This document shows positions 8,925 to 18,130 of a DNA stretch of 64,000 nucleotides, in pieces. The notes beneath the pieces are model-generated. The model made no database searches. It was not told where the DNA came from and was given only the letters and a program-made list of their open reading frames with translations. The stretch lies in the NCBI GenBank assembly GCA_025336725.1, contig GCA_025336725.1_3647.1; one strand, written 5' to 3'. Origin of the DNA: Escherichia coli. Lineage in GTDB: Bacteria; Pseudomonadota; Gammaproteobacteria; Enterobacterales; Enterobacteriaceae. The translations under genes and the position numbers were made by a program. Position 1 is the stretch's first letter, and each line of letters starts with the position of its first letter.

Positions 8925-10881
8925 TCAGTTCACGGTATTCAATCATAGCAGGAGTGTCCCAATATTTCAAGCCTACATGCTTCAAAAGTGGATATTTCTT
9001 TTCCAATCTTGCAATATAGGCCTTCCCGCACTTAACCCCGTTGGCGATTAAGATTTTGGCACGATGATTTAGCTCACCGTATCTCCACGTGGTGCTACCT
9101 TCCCACTTGTGGAAATGTGGCCGATAACTTCCAAAATCCTGCATGGGGATAATTTTACCTAACTGTCTGTACAGGCTGTCATATGAAGTTTCATTTGCTG
9201 CGCGAGTTAGTAAGAATTTCCAAGCATCCTCTTTCAACAAATGTTCCACATCCTTCTCTGTAACATATTGGCAATCAGGATCAGTCCAAAGCAGACGAGA
9301 TTCCGACACCAGGTACAGATCTTCCCCTTCAGGAATCTGGAGTGCCGCACGCACACGGTCATAATCTTGCTGGTAGATGTTGCTCATCTGCCCTAGCCAA
9401 CAACTTCCGCGTTGGATATCCCCCTCATACGGTATGCAGTGCTTAATCTTCCTGAACTCTGCCTTAGTAATACGCTCACGCCGGAAGTAACCATCCTTCT
9501 CAAGTTTTTTAACCCAATAGCCTGGTTCGTAACGGGTTTTGGTTTCACCTTTCTTCGTAGGTCGGCGTGGAAGCTCCGATAACAATTTGACCGTATCTGC
9601 AAAAAACGGATGGTGTGCCGCCTCTTTAAACTCTTTCACCAGATCCGTGTTACGGCAATAGAAAACGTTGCGTCCGGTAATCTCGCTTAAGTAGTTACAC
9701 TTATTCCGGTTATATTTGCCGTCTCCGTCGTTAAATACTAAATAAACTCCCCGTAAGAATTCTACCTTTCCGTAGCAGGCGTAACCTATGCGGCCTTTAT
9801 TTAAGCCGCCAGCGAAGATCTCGCAGTCCCCCAAATTTCCTAGCCCTGTTTCTTCCCAGCGGTCATACATAAAATTCTTACCGAAGATGTGCCCGAACAC
9901 TCCACTGTTCTTCATCATCTCGCGTGCTTCTGAGGATGTTTTTGCTGTCTCCAGTTCTGCAACAACTTCTGCTCCACGAAGGCGAATGCCTTCTTTGACA
10001 AAAGCTTCCAAACGCTCTTGGAATCCACCATCGTCGTGACCTTCTATGGTCCATTCACGCCCTGGGTTAATATTGCAATCTCCGATAGGGATCTCTACAC
10101 AAATTGCAGGATAATCTATTAGTGTCTCCAGGAACTTAGAACGGTAAGGTTGGTGACCCATTACCACACGACTCTCGTCAGAGCTGGTATAACCCTTCAG
10201 GATGGTCATCTTCCAACCATCTTTTTCATAATAATACTGCGCCTCTACTTTGTCTCCCTCCAGCATCTTGCTCGTCATCGGGTCGGTGACAGTGAACGGA
10301 AATTTTGCATAGCGCAGGCATGATGCAATAGCGGTGCGATATTTCAGAACATGCTCTTTCTTAACATGAAACTGAACTTTTACCCCGTTGTGCTCTTCAG
10401 TCTTCCGCTCACGGATCTTGGTGACATTTGGGATACCCTGGTCCAAGAACAATAGGTATGTGCTTTCCACACCGTTGTGCACACTGATTACATCGAAAGT
10501 GTCCACCATGCTGAACGGGGCCTTTGAACCAACACCCTTATTACCAACCAGAGCGTTGCTATTGCGCTTGGTTGACTCACCGAGGTTCATGAAAGTGTTG
10601 CGGACCATTTCTTCTGACATACCGAGGCCAACGTCCTGCACAAAGAAGTATGGTTCAAGATCTGTAGGAGAGTGAATGATGATCGGCATATCACCTCGTC
10701 CAGACTCAACATGGGAGTCCACAGCGTTGAAGATTGGTTCACGGCAGTTTGCCAGCACCTTATCTTCATAAATCCCTTTAATGATTAACCCAAAAGTCTC
10801 TTTGTTCAGAGAAATTGATCCCCTTGTGACCTCCAAATTCCCAGTTAGCACTGCTTTAGTTTCATTACTGTTTACAATCAT
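8899..10881 (-). CDS. rIIA: rIIA-like protein (GHKL/Bergerat ATPase fold)
   Basis: 660 aa; N-terminal GHKL motifs ..VQDVGLGMSEEM.. and ..GNKGVGSKAPFSMVDTFDVISVHNG.. closely resemble T4 rIIA (..RDFGPGMSDFD.., ..[25 protein letters not shown]..). Confidence 0.8.
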   Translation of the reverse strand: MIVNSNETKAVLTGNLEVTRGSISLNKETFGLIIKGIYEDKVLANCREPIFNAVDSHVESGRGDMPIIIHSPTDLEPYFFVQDVGLGMSEEMVRNTFMNLGESTKRNSNALVGNKGVGSKAPFSMVDTFDVISVHNGVESTYLLFLDQGIPNVTKIRERKTEEHNGVKVQFHVKKEHVLKYRTAIASCLRYAKFPFTVTDPMTSKMLEGDKVEAQYYYEKDGWKMTILKGYTSSDESRVVMGHQPYRSKFLETLIDYPAICVEIPIGDCNINPGREWTIEGHDDGGFQERLEAFVKEGIRLRGAEVVAELETAKTSSEAREMMKNSGVFGHIFGKNFMYDRWEETGLGNLGDCEIFAGGLNKGRIGYACYGKVEFLRGVYLVFNDGDGKYNRNKCNYLSEITGRNVFYCRNTDLVKEFKEAAHHPFFADTVKLLSELPRRPTKKGETKTRYEPGYWVKKLEKDGYFRRERITKAEFRKIKHCIPYEGDIQRGSCWLGQMSNIYQQDYDRVRAALQIPEGEDLYLVSESRLLWTDPDCQYVTEKDVEHLLKEDAWKFLLTRAANETSYDSLYRQLGKIIPMQDFGSYRPHFHKWEGSTTWRYGELNHRAKILIANGVKCGKAYIARLEKKYPLLKHVGLKYWDTPAMIEYRELIDTKNNIK

Positions 10882-11378
10882 TTATTGCGCTCCTTGTAGT
10901 AGATATGGTTCCCGAATTGAGCTGTCCTCTGCATCTTTTTTGCCCATTTCGGTCGTATTTTGGTTGTATGGTAGTGTGTTGCTCCACCTGTTATATCCAT
11001 AGCCATGTATGCAACATGGTTGTTATTATAGACCTTTAGAAGCATCTTTGCAAGACTTTTAGCGTGATCCCATGAATCTTTTTCTGTCACCTTAAAAGTT
11101 TTGCCGTGGTTTGTCCACGAAAACTGGTTAGGTTGGTAGACAATCTTTCTTATCGTGTCTGGGTATTTAGGGTGGGATTTCCTGTTTAGTGTGGCAAACC
11201 CAGATGCCAGCATACCCATCGTGCCATCCCCTCTAGCCTCCCTGTAGATATTGCATGCCAGAATGTTTTCCTTAGTATCCGATGGCTTGCAAGTATGATA
11301 TACTTTTTGTTTTGGTGCTGCAACAACAGGCAGCGATAAAAGTGCGCTCAAAATAATAGCAAAGATCTTAATTTTCAC
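10878..11378 (-). CDS. secreted cell-wall hydrolase, SleB family (endolysin candidate)
   Basis: 166 aa; N-terminal signal peptide MKIKIFAIILSALLSLPVVAAP; SleB-like motif NIYREARGDG...ATLNRK...YQPNQFSW. Confidence 0.6.
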   Translation of the reverse strand: MKIKIFAIILSALLSLPVVAAPKQKVYHTCKPSDTKENILACNIYREARGDGTMGMLASGFATLNRKSHPKYPDTIRKIVYQPNQFSWTNHGKTFKVTEKDSWDHAKSLAKMLLKVYNNNHVAYMAMDITGGATHYHTTKIRPKWAKKMQRTAQFGNHIYYKERNK

Positions 11379-11391
11379 AATAACTCCAAAT

Positions 11392-11417
11392 AGAAAATCC
11401 CCGCCGAAGCGGGGGTG
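11392..11417 (-). terminator. rho-independent terminator
   Basis: Minus strand CCCCCGC-TTCG-GCGGGG hairpin followed by TTTTCTATT, just downstream of stop of ORF 11427..11807. Confidence 0.6.
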
Positions 11418-11426
11418 TCTTAGAAA

Positions 11427-11807
11427 TTAATCGTAGTGTGCCAAAATCTCTCCATCGTTGCAAGTTCCTTCTACAAAGTTATGAAGATTCATGCACTCAT
11501 CTTGATAGAAGAATTTACCGCTTTTCAGCCGTAAGCCAAACAACTCCGCATCTCCACGATGGCAAGCCTCTACAAGTTCATAGATTTCATACGGCAACTC
11601 TCCGTCGTCATGGAAGAACCCAGCTTTATCGTTGACATAGATGAAGAAATAATCACTGCTGTCGCAAGCGTCCAATATTTCAAACCAGATTTCATCTACA
11701 TCTTTTTCTCGGATATCGATCACGCAAGTGGAGCTGCATTCGTACTCCTTCTCCGGCTCCTCGGTCAATACTACCAGGTAGTTTCCCCGCTTACCTACTT
11801 TAGCCAT
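11427..11807 (-). CDS. hypothetical acidic protein
   Basis: 126 aa, strongly D/E-rich. Confidence 0.5.
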   Translation of the reverse strand: MAKVGKRGNYLVVLTEEPEKEYECSSTCVIDIREKDVDEIWFEILDACDSSDYFFIYVNDKAGFFHDDGELPYEIYELVEACHRGDAELFGLRLKSGKFFYQDECMNLHNFVEGTCNDGEILAHYD

Positions 11808-11816
11808 ACAACCTCC

Positions 11817-13001
11817 TCAAGCTTTAGCCAAAATGGCGCTAAACTCTTCACCAAACTCTTTTACAATCTTCATCAGGTTTGGGTACGCTTTGATCAGTTG
11901 AGCAACGATCTTGTCACGACCTTTACCGATAAGCAAGGCATTTCCTAAGGCATTAGGTTTCATCATCGCCATAAAGACTGAGAATACAAAGTCTCGGTTC
12001 TCATCCTTGAAATTTTCCCAAAGGAAATCAAGGAAGTTTGCCACACAGCTGACGAGATCTTCGTCGGAGATACTTGCATTTTCCATCATGTTACGAATAG
12101 CGATACAACCTTCAGACCCCAGAATCCACAAGATGTCTGGCTGCTTAGGGCCTACATATTCTTTGCAGCCTCCTGCCATAATCCGACCGATTTCTGGCAA
12201 GTTTCGTTTCTTGGTGTGGTAGGTCCAAATTTCTACCGCTGCAGTGTGACCAATGGCACCTTGTAGAAGAACACGGGCCATAGCGTCAGAAATAATACCG
12301 CTGTCAAAATCGTGCAGGATGTCAGATGCAGCAACCCAAGAGCGCGGTGTAGCAAAAGATGGACAATTAATCTCAGCCATGGCCTCATAATTATCGATGG
12401 CTGATGGGACTCTTTTCAGATATCCAATTACCGAGGAGTGCACCCCATTAAGGAATGCATAGTCCTCAATAAACACCTCTGCACTGCTTGTAACTTCTAC
12501 AATGATAAAGCGGTTAGCTAGAGGAGCTTCGAGTGCCGAAAGAACAGCACCGTCTGTAGCACGGTTACCTGCAGCTACAAAAACAGAGCCTTTAGGAAAT
12601 GCATAGGTGCCGCACTTGTGGTCGAGCATAATTTGCATTGCAACCTTCTGCAGGTAGTTATCTGCATGAGTAAGCTCGTCTAGAAAGATAATTCCGCTCC
12701 AGTCCGGATCTGCAGGCCAAAATTCTGGAATTGCAAACACTGTACGTGTAGTTCCATCTGCCTCCACAGGGATAGGCAGTCCAGATAAGTCAGCAGGATC
12801 TTTATCTGACAACCGCACGTCAACCAGGTTGTCATCTCGCTCACCGAACATATTATCAGCAATCTGCTTCATCACCTGGCTCTTCCCCACGCCCATCGGT
12901 CCTAAAATCAGGACAGATCGGTTATGACGCTGGGCAAATTGAATAATAGCTGGCAACTCGCGGACAGTGATTTGACCACTTTCGAATACGTTTCTCGACA
13001 T
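11817..13001 (-). CDS. MoxR-like AAA+ ATPase (AAA_5 type)
   Basis: 394 aa; Walker A GPMGVGKS, Walker B IIFLDEL, sensor-like VAAGN. Confidence 0.7.
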   Translation of the reverse strand: MSRNVFESGQITVRELPAIIQFAQRHNRSVLILGPMGVGKSQVMKQIADNMFGERDDNLVDVRLSDKDPADLSGLPIPVEADGTTRTVFAIPEFWPADPDWSGIIFLDELTHADNYLQKVAMQIMLDHKCGTYAFPKGSVFVAAGNRATDGAVLSALEAPLANRFIIVEVTSSAEVFIEDYAFLNGVHSSVIGYLKRVPSAIDNYEAMAEINCPSFATPRSWVAASDILHDFDSGIISDAMARVLLQGAIGHTAAVEIWTYHTKKRNLPEIGRIMAGGCKEYVGPKQPDILWILGSEGCIAIRNMMENASISDEDLVSCVANFLDFLWENFKDENRDFVFSVFMAMMKPNALGNALLIGKGRDKIVAQLIKAYPNLMKIVKEFGEEFSAILAKA

Positions 13002-13270
13002 TAGTAAAAGTCCTCTACTTGTGTGTAAGTGTTTTCAAAGTTTTCCAAAACAGACATCACATCGGATCTGTCAATATCATACGCAACTCTCCAGACATAT
13101 GCAACCCTTTCTGCTGTTGCCTCTTCTGGCGCTAGTCGTCTGCTGGCATAAAAGAGTGTTGGAGTACACTTTCTTGCTTGCCCTCTAACTTTCCCATAAT
13201 AATATCTGTGAATATCTTTGTCAAAATTTAATTCTTTTTCTGCACGAAGTTCGTACTGCTGGTATAACAT
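13001..13270 (-). CDS. hypothetical protein
   Basis: 89 aa ORF abutting ATPase gene. Confidence 0.45.
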   Translation of the reverse strand: MLYQQYELRAEKELNFDKDIHRYYYGKVRGQARKCTPTLFYASRRLAPEEATAERVAYVWRVAYDIDRSDVMSVLENFENTYTQVEDFY

Positions 13271-13314
13271 CTCTACTGCTCCTTAAGCAGCATCCTTGCT
13301 GCCATCCATACCCA

Positions 13315-13695
13315 CTAAAATGCAGTCCGAATCCAGACAAGGTTCTTATCTGCCCAATCATAGAGGCAAGTCATTGCACTATTGAATTGCTCACACGGAG
13401 GATAATCTTCTTCCATCTTGCGCATAGCAGAGCCTTGTGGGTAAAGCTCCCGTGCTGCAAACCACGCGTCGTAGTCATCAACGGTATCGAAGTAGTATAC
13501 AACATCCTCCAACTCAGGATCGAACTTTGAACTATCAGGATCCAGCTGTTCAGGGAACTTGGAGCGTAACTTGCCAGCCACAATACTTGCCAACTCGCTA
13601 ACATGCTTGTTGTCCCACTCTACCAGTTTCCCGTCTTCAGTTATGCGTCCTAACCACTGATCATGAAGGTCAACTGTTGTCTTCCACTGGGCCAT
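13315..13695 (-). CDS. hypothetical acidic protein
   Basis: 126 aa ORF. Confidence 0.5.
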   Translation of the reverse strand: MAQWKTTVDLHDQWLGRITEDGKLVEWDNKHVSELASIVAGKLRSKFPEQLDPDSSKFDPELEDVVYYFDTVDDYDAWFAARELYPQGSAMRKMEEDYPPCEQFNSAMTCLYDWADKNLVWIRTAF

Positions 13696-13697
13696 TA

Positions 13698-13955
13698 TCA
13701 GTCTACCTCTTCTTCTCGTTGCAGTTCAAGATACCCATAGGTCTGGATATCTTCAAGGGTGTGGAACTCTCCATCTGCTGCTAAGGCACGGACAACCTGG
13801 CATAGAGTTTTATAAGGTACTTTCTCCAAACCCAGATTCAGCGCAGGAAAAACCTTATCTAAGTCAACAAAATATACAAACTGTAGCTCACCAGTTTCAA
13901 AAGGCGTATCTTCGATAAACATCTTCTCGGCATTAGTCAAGATCTGCACTTTCAT
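13698..13955 (-). CDS. hypothetical acidic protein
   Basis: 85 aa ORF; start overlaps stop of upstream ORF by 1 nt. Confidence 0.5.
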   Translation of the reverse strand: MKVQILTNAEKMFIEDTPFETGELQFVYFVDLDKVFPALNLGLEKVPYKTLCQVVRALAADGEFHTLEDIQTYGYLELQREEEVD

Positions 13956-14311
13956 TATTCTACCCCCTCTTCTTTTTCTTCAGCATTAGTTTCAGTGCTA
14001 CCCCACTCTGGATTTTCCACCTCGATAGTGAACTCACGCACTACACGGTAATTGCCCATGAAGCGCTCCACTTCTTCAAGGCTTATGGAGAGGCCATTGG
14101 CAACCAAATCTGCAGCACCCTTCTCTACCAGGTAGTCCAGATTGGCTTCCAAGGCTTCAGGCTCAAACCCTGTCAATGCAATCATATAACCTTCCCCTTC
14201 ATCAAGGAGGGCAATACAGCCCAACTGATTTTCTTTTAAAAAGCAGTGACCATCACTATTGATTGGTTGCTCATTGCAGTAAATAGCTGCACGATAAGTA
14301 ACTTTAGACAT
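13955..14311 (-). CDS. hypothetical acidic protein
   Basis: 118 aa ORF, acidic C-terminus. Confidence 0.5.
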   Translation of the reverse strand: MSKVTYRAAIYCNEQPINSDGHCFLKENQLGCIALLDEGEGYMIALTGFEPEALEANLDYLVEKGAADLVANGLSISLEEVERFMGNYRVVREFTIEVENPEWGSTETNAEEKEEGVE

Positions 14312-14323
14312 TGGTAGGCCTCC

Positions 14324-14602
14324 TTAGGCAACTGTCATTTTACATTCTTGAAATTTTAGCACAAGACGGTGATTGTGTCTAGTGTCTAAAAAGATTTTTT
14401 CAACCATCAGGCACACGGTGTAACCGTCCATCTTGTTGACAACAAAATCCCCAGGGTGAGGGAGAATGTCCCCAGGATTGGGGAAACATAACCCGCTCAA
14501 GAAGGCATCATCGGTGGTGGACCTGATGGATTTCCACACACTATCTGCCTGGACACTCTCACCAACATAATATACACTACCACATGCCTTCATCATAGTC
14601 AA
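14324..14602 (-). CDS. hypothetical protein
   Basis: 92 aa ORF; 4-nt overlap with upstream gene. Confidence 0.45.
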   Translation of the reverse strand: MTMMKACGSVYYVGESVQADSVWKSIRSTTDDAFLSGLCFPNPGDILPHPGDFVVNKMDGYTVCLMVEKIFLDTRHNHRLVLKFQECKMTVA

Positions 14603-15498
14603 ATCTCCGCGTAAATTAAACTGGAATCAGTATACTTCTTTAGTGGGTAAATATCCTGTCCATAGATGCCGTCATTAAACACCTCATCTACCCAAAGGCT
14701 ACACTTATATCCCATCATCTCTAAAACACCCATCTCTTCTTCGGTAAACTTATCACCGCTCTTGCAAGATGTCAACACCTCATTCTGTACTCTTGCTACC
14801 TCGAAGCGATTATTGGCAATATCGCTATTAGCGATCAAATACTCACCCAAAGGGTGTGCGGCATTAAAGATGCACAGTGGACGGTTGACGTAATAGTCTC
14901 CAGGTGTATAAAAATTATTGAGGTCTTTCACTAGAACATTCTTATCAGTCACTTCATTTATAACATCATGCATATCGCACATCTTTATATGTTTGAGGAT
15001 TCCATCCCCCATCACAAAATAAAAACTTGCTGAAACACTTTCGGCATAGATCTTACTAGATCCGTTGTAGTTGTATTTTACTCGGATGCTAACGGAGGTT
15101 TTTCCTGTCGCGTTAGCCATCATCCAAAGGAACGGAAGTTCAAACTTCTCCTCTGAGGAAACAAAAGGTGAAGTTGCCAGAGATCGGAAACCACCAGAGA
15201 AGTTGAAAGTTACAGAGCCGCTCCGGCGATATGATACCGCATATTCTACTTTTATATCGACATAGCCGTTGGAGTAAGTGTGGCCTCCATTATCCAGATA
15301 TGTCCACTTATCAGATCCGGATACCAGCCTACGCTCAATAACCTTCATTACTATAGGAATTAGCGGGTTGGTACAAACCGATTTTGAAGTAGCTTTATCA
15401 TCCAAAGCCTCGTAAATTGCAGAAAGGATATCACCTGCTGAGAGATTGGTTGTGATATCTTGTTTCCACCGAGTGCTAAAGCTGTTAAGATTTGCCAT
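14599..15498 (-). CDS. hypothetical protein, first gene of leftward early operon
   Basis: Start set to ATG 15498 (AGGAG RBS; MANLNSF..), because ORF-track GTG at 15540 lies upstream of the predicted -10 element. Confidence 0.5.
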   Translation of the reverse strand: MANLNSFSTRWKQDITTNLSAGDILSAIYEALDDKATSKSVCTNPLIPIVMKVIERRLVSGSDKWTYLDNGGHTYSNGYVDIKVEYAVSYRRSGSVTFNFSGGFRSLATSPFVSSEEKFELPFLWMMANATGKTSVSIRVKYNYNGSSKIYAESVSASFYFVMGDGILKHIKMCDMHDVINEVTDKNVLVKDLNNFYTPGDYYVNRPLCIFNAAHPLGEYLIANSDIANNRFEVARVQNEVLTSCKSGDKFTEEEMGVLEMMGYKCSLWVDEVFNDGIYGQDIYPLKKYTDSSLIYAEI

Positions 15499-15538
15499 GA
15501 TTAAGTGCTCCTGTGTTCGTTTTCTTTCGAATGGGTGC

Positions 15539-15567
15539 ACTATATCGTAGATTTATAGTAAAGTCAA
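15539..15567 (-). promoter_or_regulatory. sigma70-like promoter, leftward
   Basis: Minus strand TTGACT (15567-15562), 17-nt spacer, TATAGT (15544-15539). Confidence 0.55.
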
Positions 15568-15580
15568 TACGTTTTTGAGG

Positions 15581-15609
15581 TTGACATCTGTCGAGGCACT
15601 TGATAAGAT
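15581..15609 (+). promoter_or_regulatory. sigma70-like promoter, rightward
   Basis: TTGACA (15581-15586), 17-nt spacer, TAAGAT (15604-15609); back to back with the leftward promoter. Confidence 0.55.
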
Positions 15610-15640
15610 TTCTTCACCTACAAAGCACAAGAGACAACTC

Positions 15641-16630
15641 ATGAATCTTGAAAAATATTATACACCAGAAGAGTTAGAGCGCCTGCTCAAAAAATATAGA
15701 CGTAAACAGAATAATGCACGGAAACGAGATATAGAGTTCAACCTGTCATGGGAAGAATATCTCCTATTTGGTAAAAAACTTTTAGGAGAGGGAGTATGCG
15801 ACTATACCCTTATACCTTTCGACATGCACACAGATGAAAACGGACTGGGAAATCCTTTCTACCCATCTCTAGAGCGGATAGATGATGAAGGTCCTTATGC
15901 GGTTGATAACTGTTGTGTGGTAGGATTGAGATGCAACTCTCTAAAGGACTGTCTGGTAGATAAAAAGACCGCAGTCTTGATTAAAGACAAAACTGATCGA
16001 AAAATTGTCCAGCAGATGATGCTCCACCTGAGCGAAGAGCGTATGGAGAAATTGAAAGGTGATTACACTTTTGAAGATTTCATCTTGCAATATGGAACGG
16101 AAGAGGATAAACTAGCACTCTTTGACGAAGAATGGGAGGAAGATATGTCACCAATGCAGGATTTTAAAAACTTCATGGCTAATCGTGGAGCCAACAAGCA
16201 CATTTCTGACATTGTAAACGAGCCTGCAGTAGAGGAGATTGAAGAGATGACGCAACAGGCTTACGAAGAGGAAAAAGAGCCTCAAGGGGTCGAAGAAGAG
16301 CTTACAGAAGAGGTTCCTGCACTGCCTGACGATGTTGAGATTGCCAAAGCTTACACTTTCTATTGCCAGACGTTCTACGATGCAGGTATGAAAGTTGATC
16401 TGTCATTCAGCCAGTTTAAGAGCACATACATTCGAAAATGTTGTGCTTTAACTGGTGAACGTCTCGGTGCCGGACTTAAACCCCTATTAGTTACCGACTG
16501 GAACAAAGGTTTCACCAAAGGTAACTTCATGGTAGTATCTCCAATCATGGAGAAGGCTATGACAGACCTTATGAAGACCACTCGCATGACAATGACCGAG
16601 TTGGCTGGTATTTTCAAGCACGTTAAATAA
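15641..16630 (+). CDS. hypothetical acidic protein with two degenerate HNH-like halves
   Basis: Start moved to ATG 15641, downstream of promoter; central E/D-rich linker; ..SLERIDDEGPYAVDNCCVVGLRCNSLKD.. and ..CCALTGERLG..LVTDWNKGFTKGNFMVV.. Confidence 0.45.
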   Translation: MNLEKYYTPEELERLLKKYRRKQNNARKRDIEFNLSWEEYLLFGKKLLGEGVCDYTLIPFDMHTDENGLGNPFYPSLERIDDEGPYAVDNCCVVGLRCNSLKDCLVDKKTAVLIKDKTDRKIVQQMMLHLSEERMEKLKGDYTFEDFILQYGTEEDKLALFDEEWEEDMSPMQDFKNFMANRGANKHISDIVNEPAVEEIEEMTQQAYEEEKEPQGVEEELTEEVPALPDDVEIAKAYTFYCQTFYDAGMKVDLSFSQFKSTYIRKCCALTGERLGAGLKPLLVTDWNKGFTKGNFMVVSPIMEKAMTDLMKTTRMTMTELAGIFKHVK

Positions 16631-16642
16631 TGACAGGGGCCA

Positions 16643-18124
16643 ATGGCCCCTTCTGGAGTTTTAATGGATAGCAGAAGTTCAGAAATCATTACCGCACAAA
16701 AAGATGATGCCTTGCGAATGCTGCAGGCCGCTCGCATGTACCTTCTTGAAAAGCTGCCGTTTTATGGCACACTGTTGTCAGGGTTGCAGTTCGTAGAAAA
16801 CCACACATGGTGCTCCACTATGGCAACAGACCATAAACGCATCTACTACAGCCCTGAGTTCATTATGGGGTTGGCAGATGAGCGTAAAACCATTCTTAAA
16901 GCATCTCTGACTGACAAGCAGTTTGAGATGGCTGAGGTTTTCTATTCCCCAAAATCTGTGAAAGAGGTGGCCTTCCTTCTGTCACATGAGGTGGGGCATA
17001 TTATCTGTGATCATCTGGTCCGTGGTAAAAGCTTTGAGCCGGAACTGTTCAATATTGCTTGTGATCACGTTATCAACACAGGTCTTGTGGTTGACTTTAG
17101 CAAGCCTCCTTGTGTTTTCTTCCCGAAGGGGAAAAGCACTGAGTTCGTAAAAGGTAAGCCTTTTGGCTTCTTAGCTAATTGCTACTGCGACATGAAGTTT
17201 CATGGATGGATTGCTGAGAACGTCTATGCAGTTCTTGATAAACAAAGAGATCAGAATAGCGGTAAAAGTAAGAACGGTAAAGGCGAGAACTTCCAAGGAG
17301 ATAAACGACAAACCGATGATCACATGAGCGGGAACGGTGGCACCAGTGATGATCTTGGAAAGGCTATGGGGTATGATCAGCCGCAACCAGTAATCAGTCA
17401 ATCTGATAAAGATCAGGCCATGCAGGACTCTGGTGACATGTTGGAAGCAGCAATGCAAGCTTCAGGAGGTCGTTGCCCTGAGGCGGTGCGCGAGTTTGTC
17501 AAAAACAGAGGCAAGCCTGTAATCAACTATATAGATATTATTAAGCAACGTATGTTGTCTAAACGAAAGGCCGAGCTAACCTACAGAAAACCTGGTCGCC
17601 GATCTGGGTCTTTGACCACCACAATGCGAAAAGTTGGAGCTATAAACAAGAATCAACACATTATTGTTCCTGGTCGTAATCCGGAAAACACCATAGATAT
17701 TGTAGTGGCTTTGGACGTTTCTGGGTCGATCTCGCAAAGAACTTTAAAGAAAATGTTCAATGAGATCACCGGGTTGTGCAATTTGTATAAAGAGTTTAAG
17801 GTTACGATGTTCTGTTGGTCAACCGAGGTTGGAGAGGTTAAAGTATACACTCGCGGTAACATCGATGAGATGATTAACTATGAGGTCCACTCAACATGGG
17901 GCACAACAGCCGCCTGCGTGTTCGAGTATCTGGATGCTAACATACCGAATGCAAAAGATGTCATCGTCCTTACCGACCTCTACTTTGAGCACAACTTTGA
18001 ACAAAAGGCTGTTGACAACAAGTGGAAAAAGTACGATACTTTATGGGTTCTCACCGAAGGGTATAATAAAAATTATATCCCGAGCTTTGGGAAAACTGTG
18101 GAATTAATCGAGTATGCTAAGTAA
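16643..18124 (+). CDS. putative metallopeptidase / von Willebrand factor A domain protein
   Basis: 493 aa; HExxH motif (LLSHEVGHIICDH) in N-terminal half; VWA MIDAS-like DxSGS (IVVALDVSGSIS) in C-terminal half. Confidence 0.6.
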   Translation: MAPSGVLMDSRSSEIITAQKDDALRMLQAARMYLLEKLPFYGTLLSGLQFVENHTWCSTMATDHKRIYYSPEFIMGLADERKTILKASLTDKQFEMAEVFYSPKSVKEVAFLLSHEVGHIICDHLVRGKSFEPELFNIACDHVINTGLVVDFSKPPCVFFPKGKSTEFVKGKPFGFLANCYCDMKFHGWIAENVYAVLDKQRDQNSGKSKNGKGENFQGDKRQTDDHMSGNGGTSDDLGKAMGYDQPQPVISQSDKDQAMQDSGDMLEAAMQASGGRCPEAVREFVKNRGKPVINYIDIIKQRMLSKRKAELTYRKPGRRSGSLTTTMRKVGAINKNQHIIVPGRNPENTIDIVVALDVSGSISQRTLKKMFNEITGLCNLYKEFKVTMFCWSTEVGEVKVYTRGNIDEMINYEVHSTWGTTAACVFEYLDANIPNAKDVIVLTDLYFEHNFEQKAVDNKWKKYDTLWVLTEGYNKNYIPSFGKTVELIEYAK

Positions 18125-18130
18125 GAGAGG

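Noticed and set aside
15540-15575. ORF-track start codons at 15540 (GTG) and 15575 (TTG)
   Set aside because: Both lie within or upstream of the promoter -35/-10 elements of their own transcription units; downstream ATGs with RBS (15498, 15641) are preferred.
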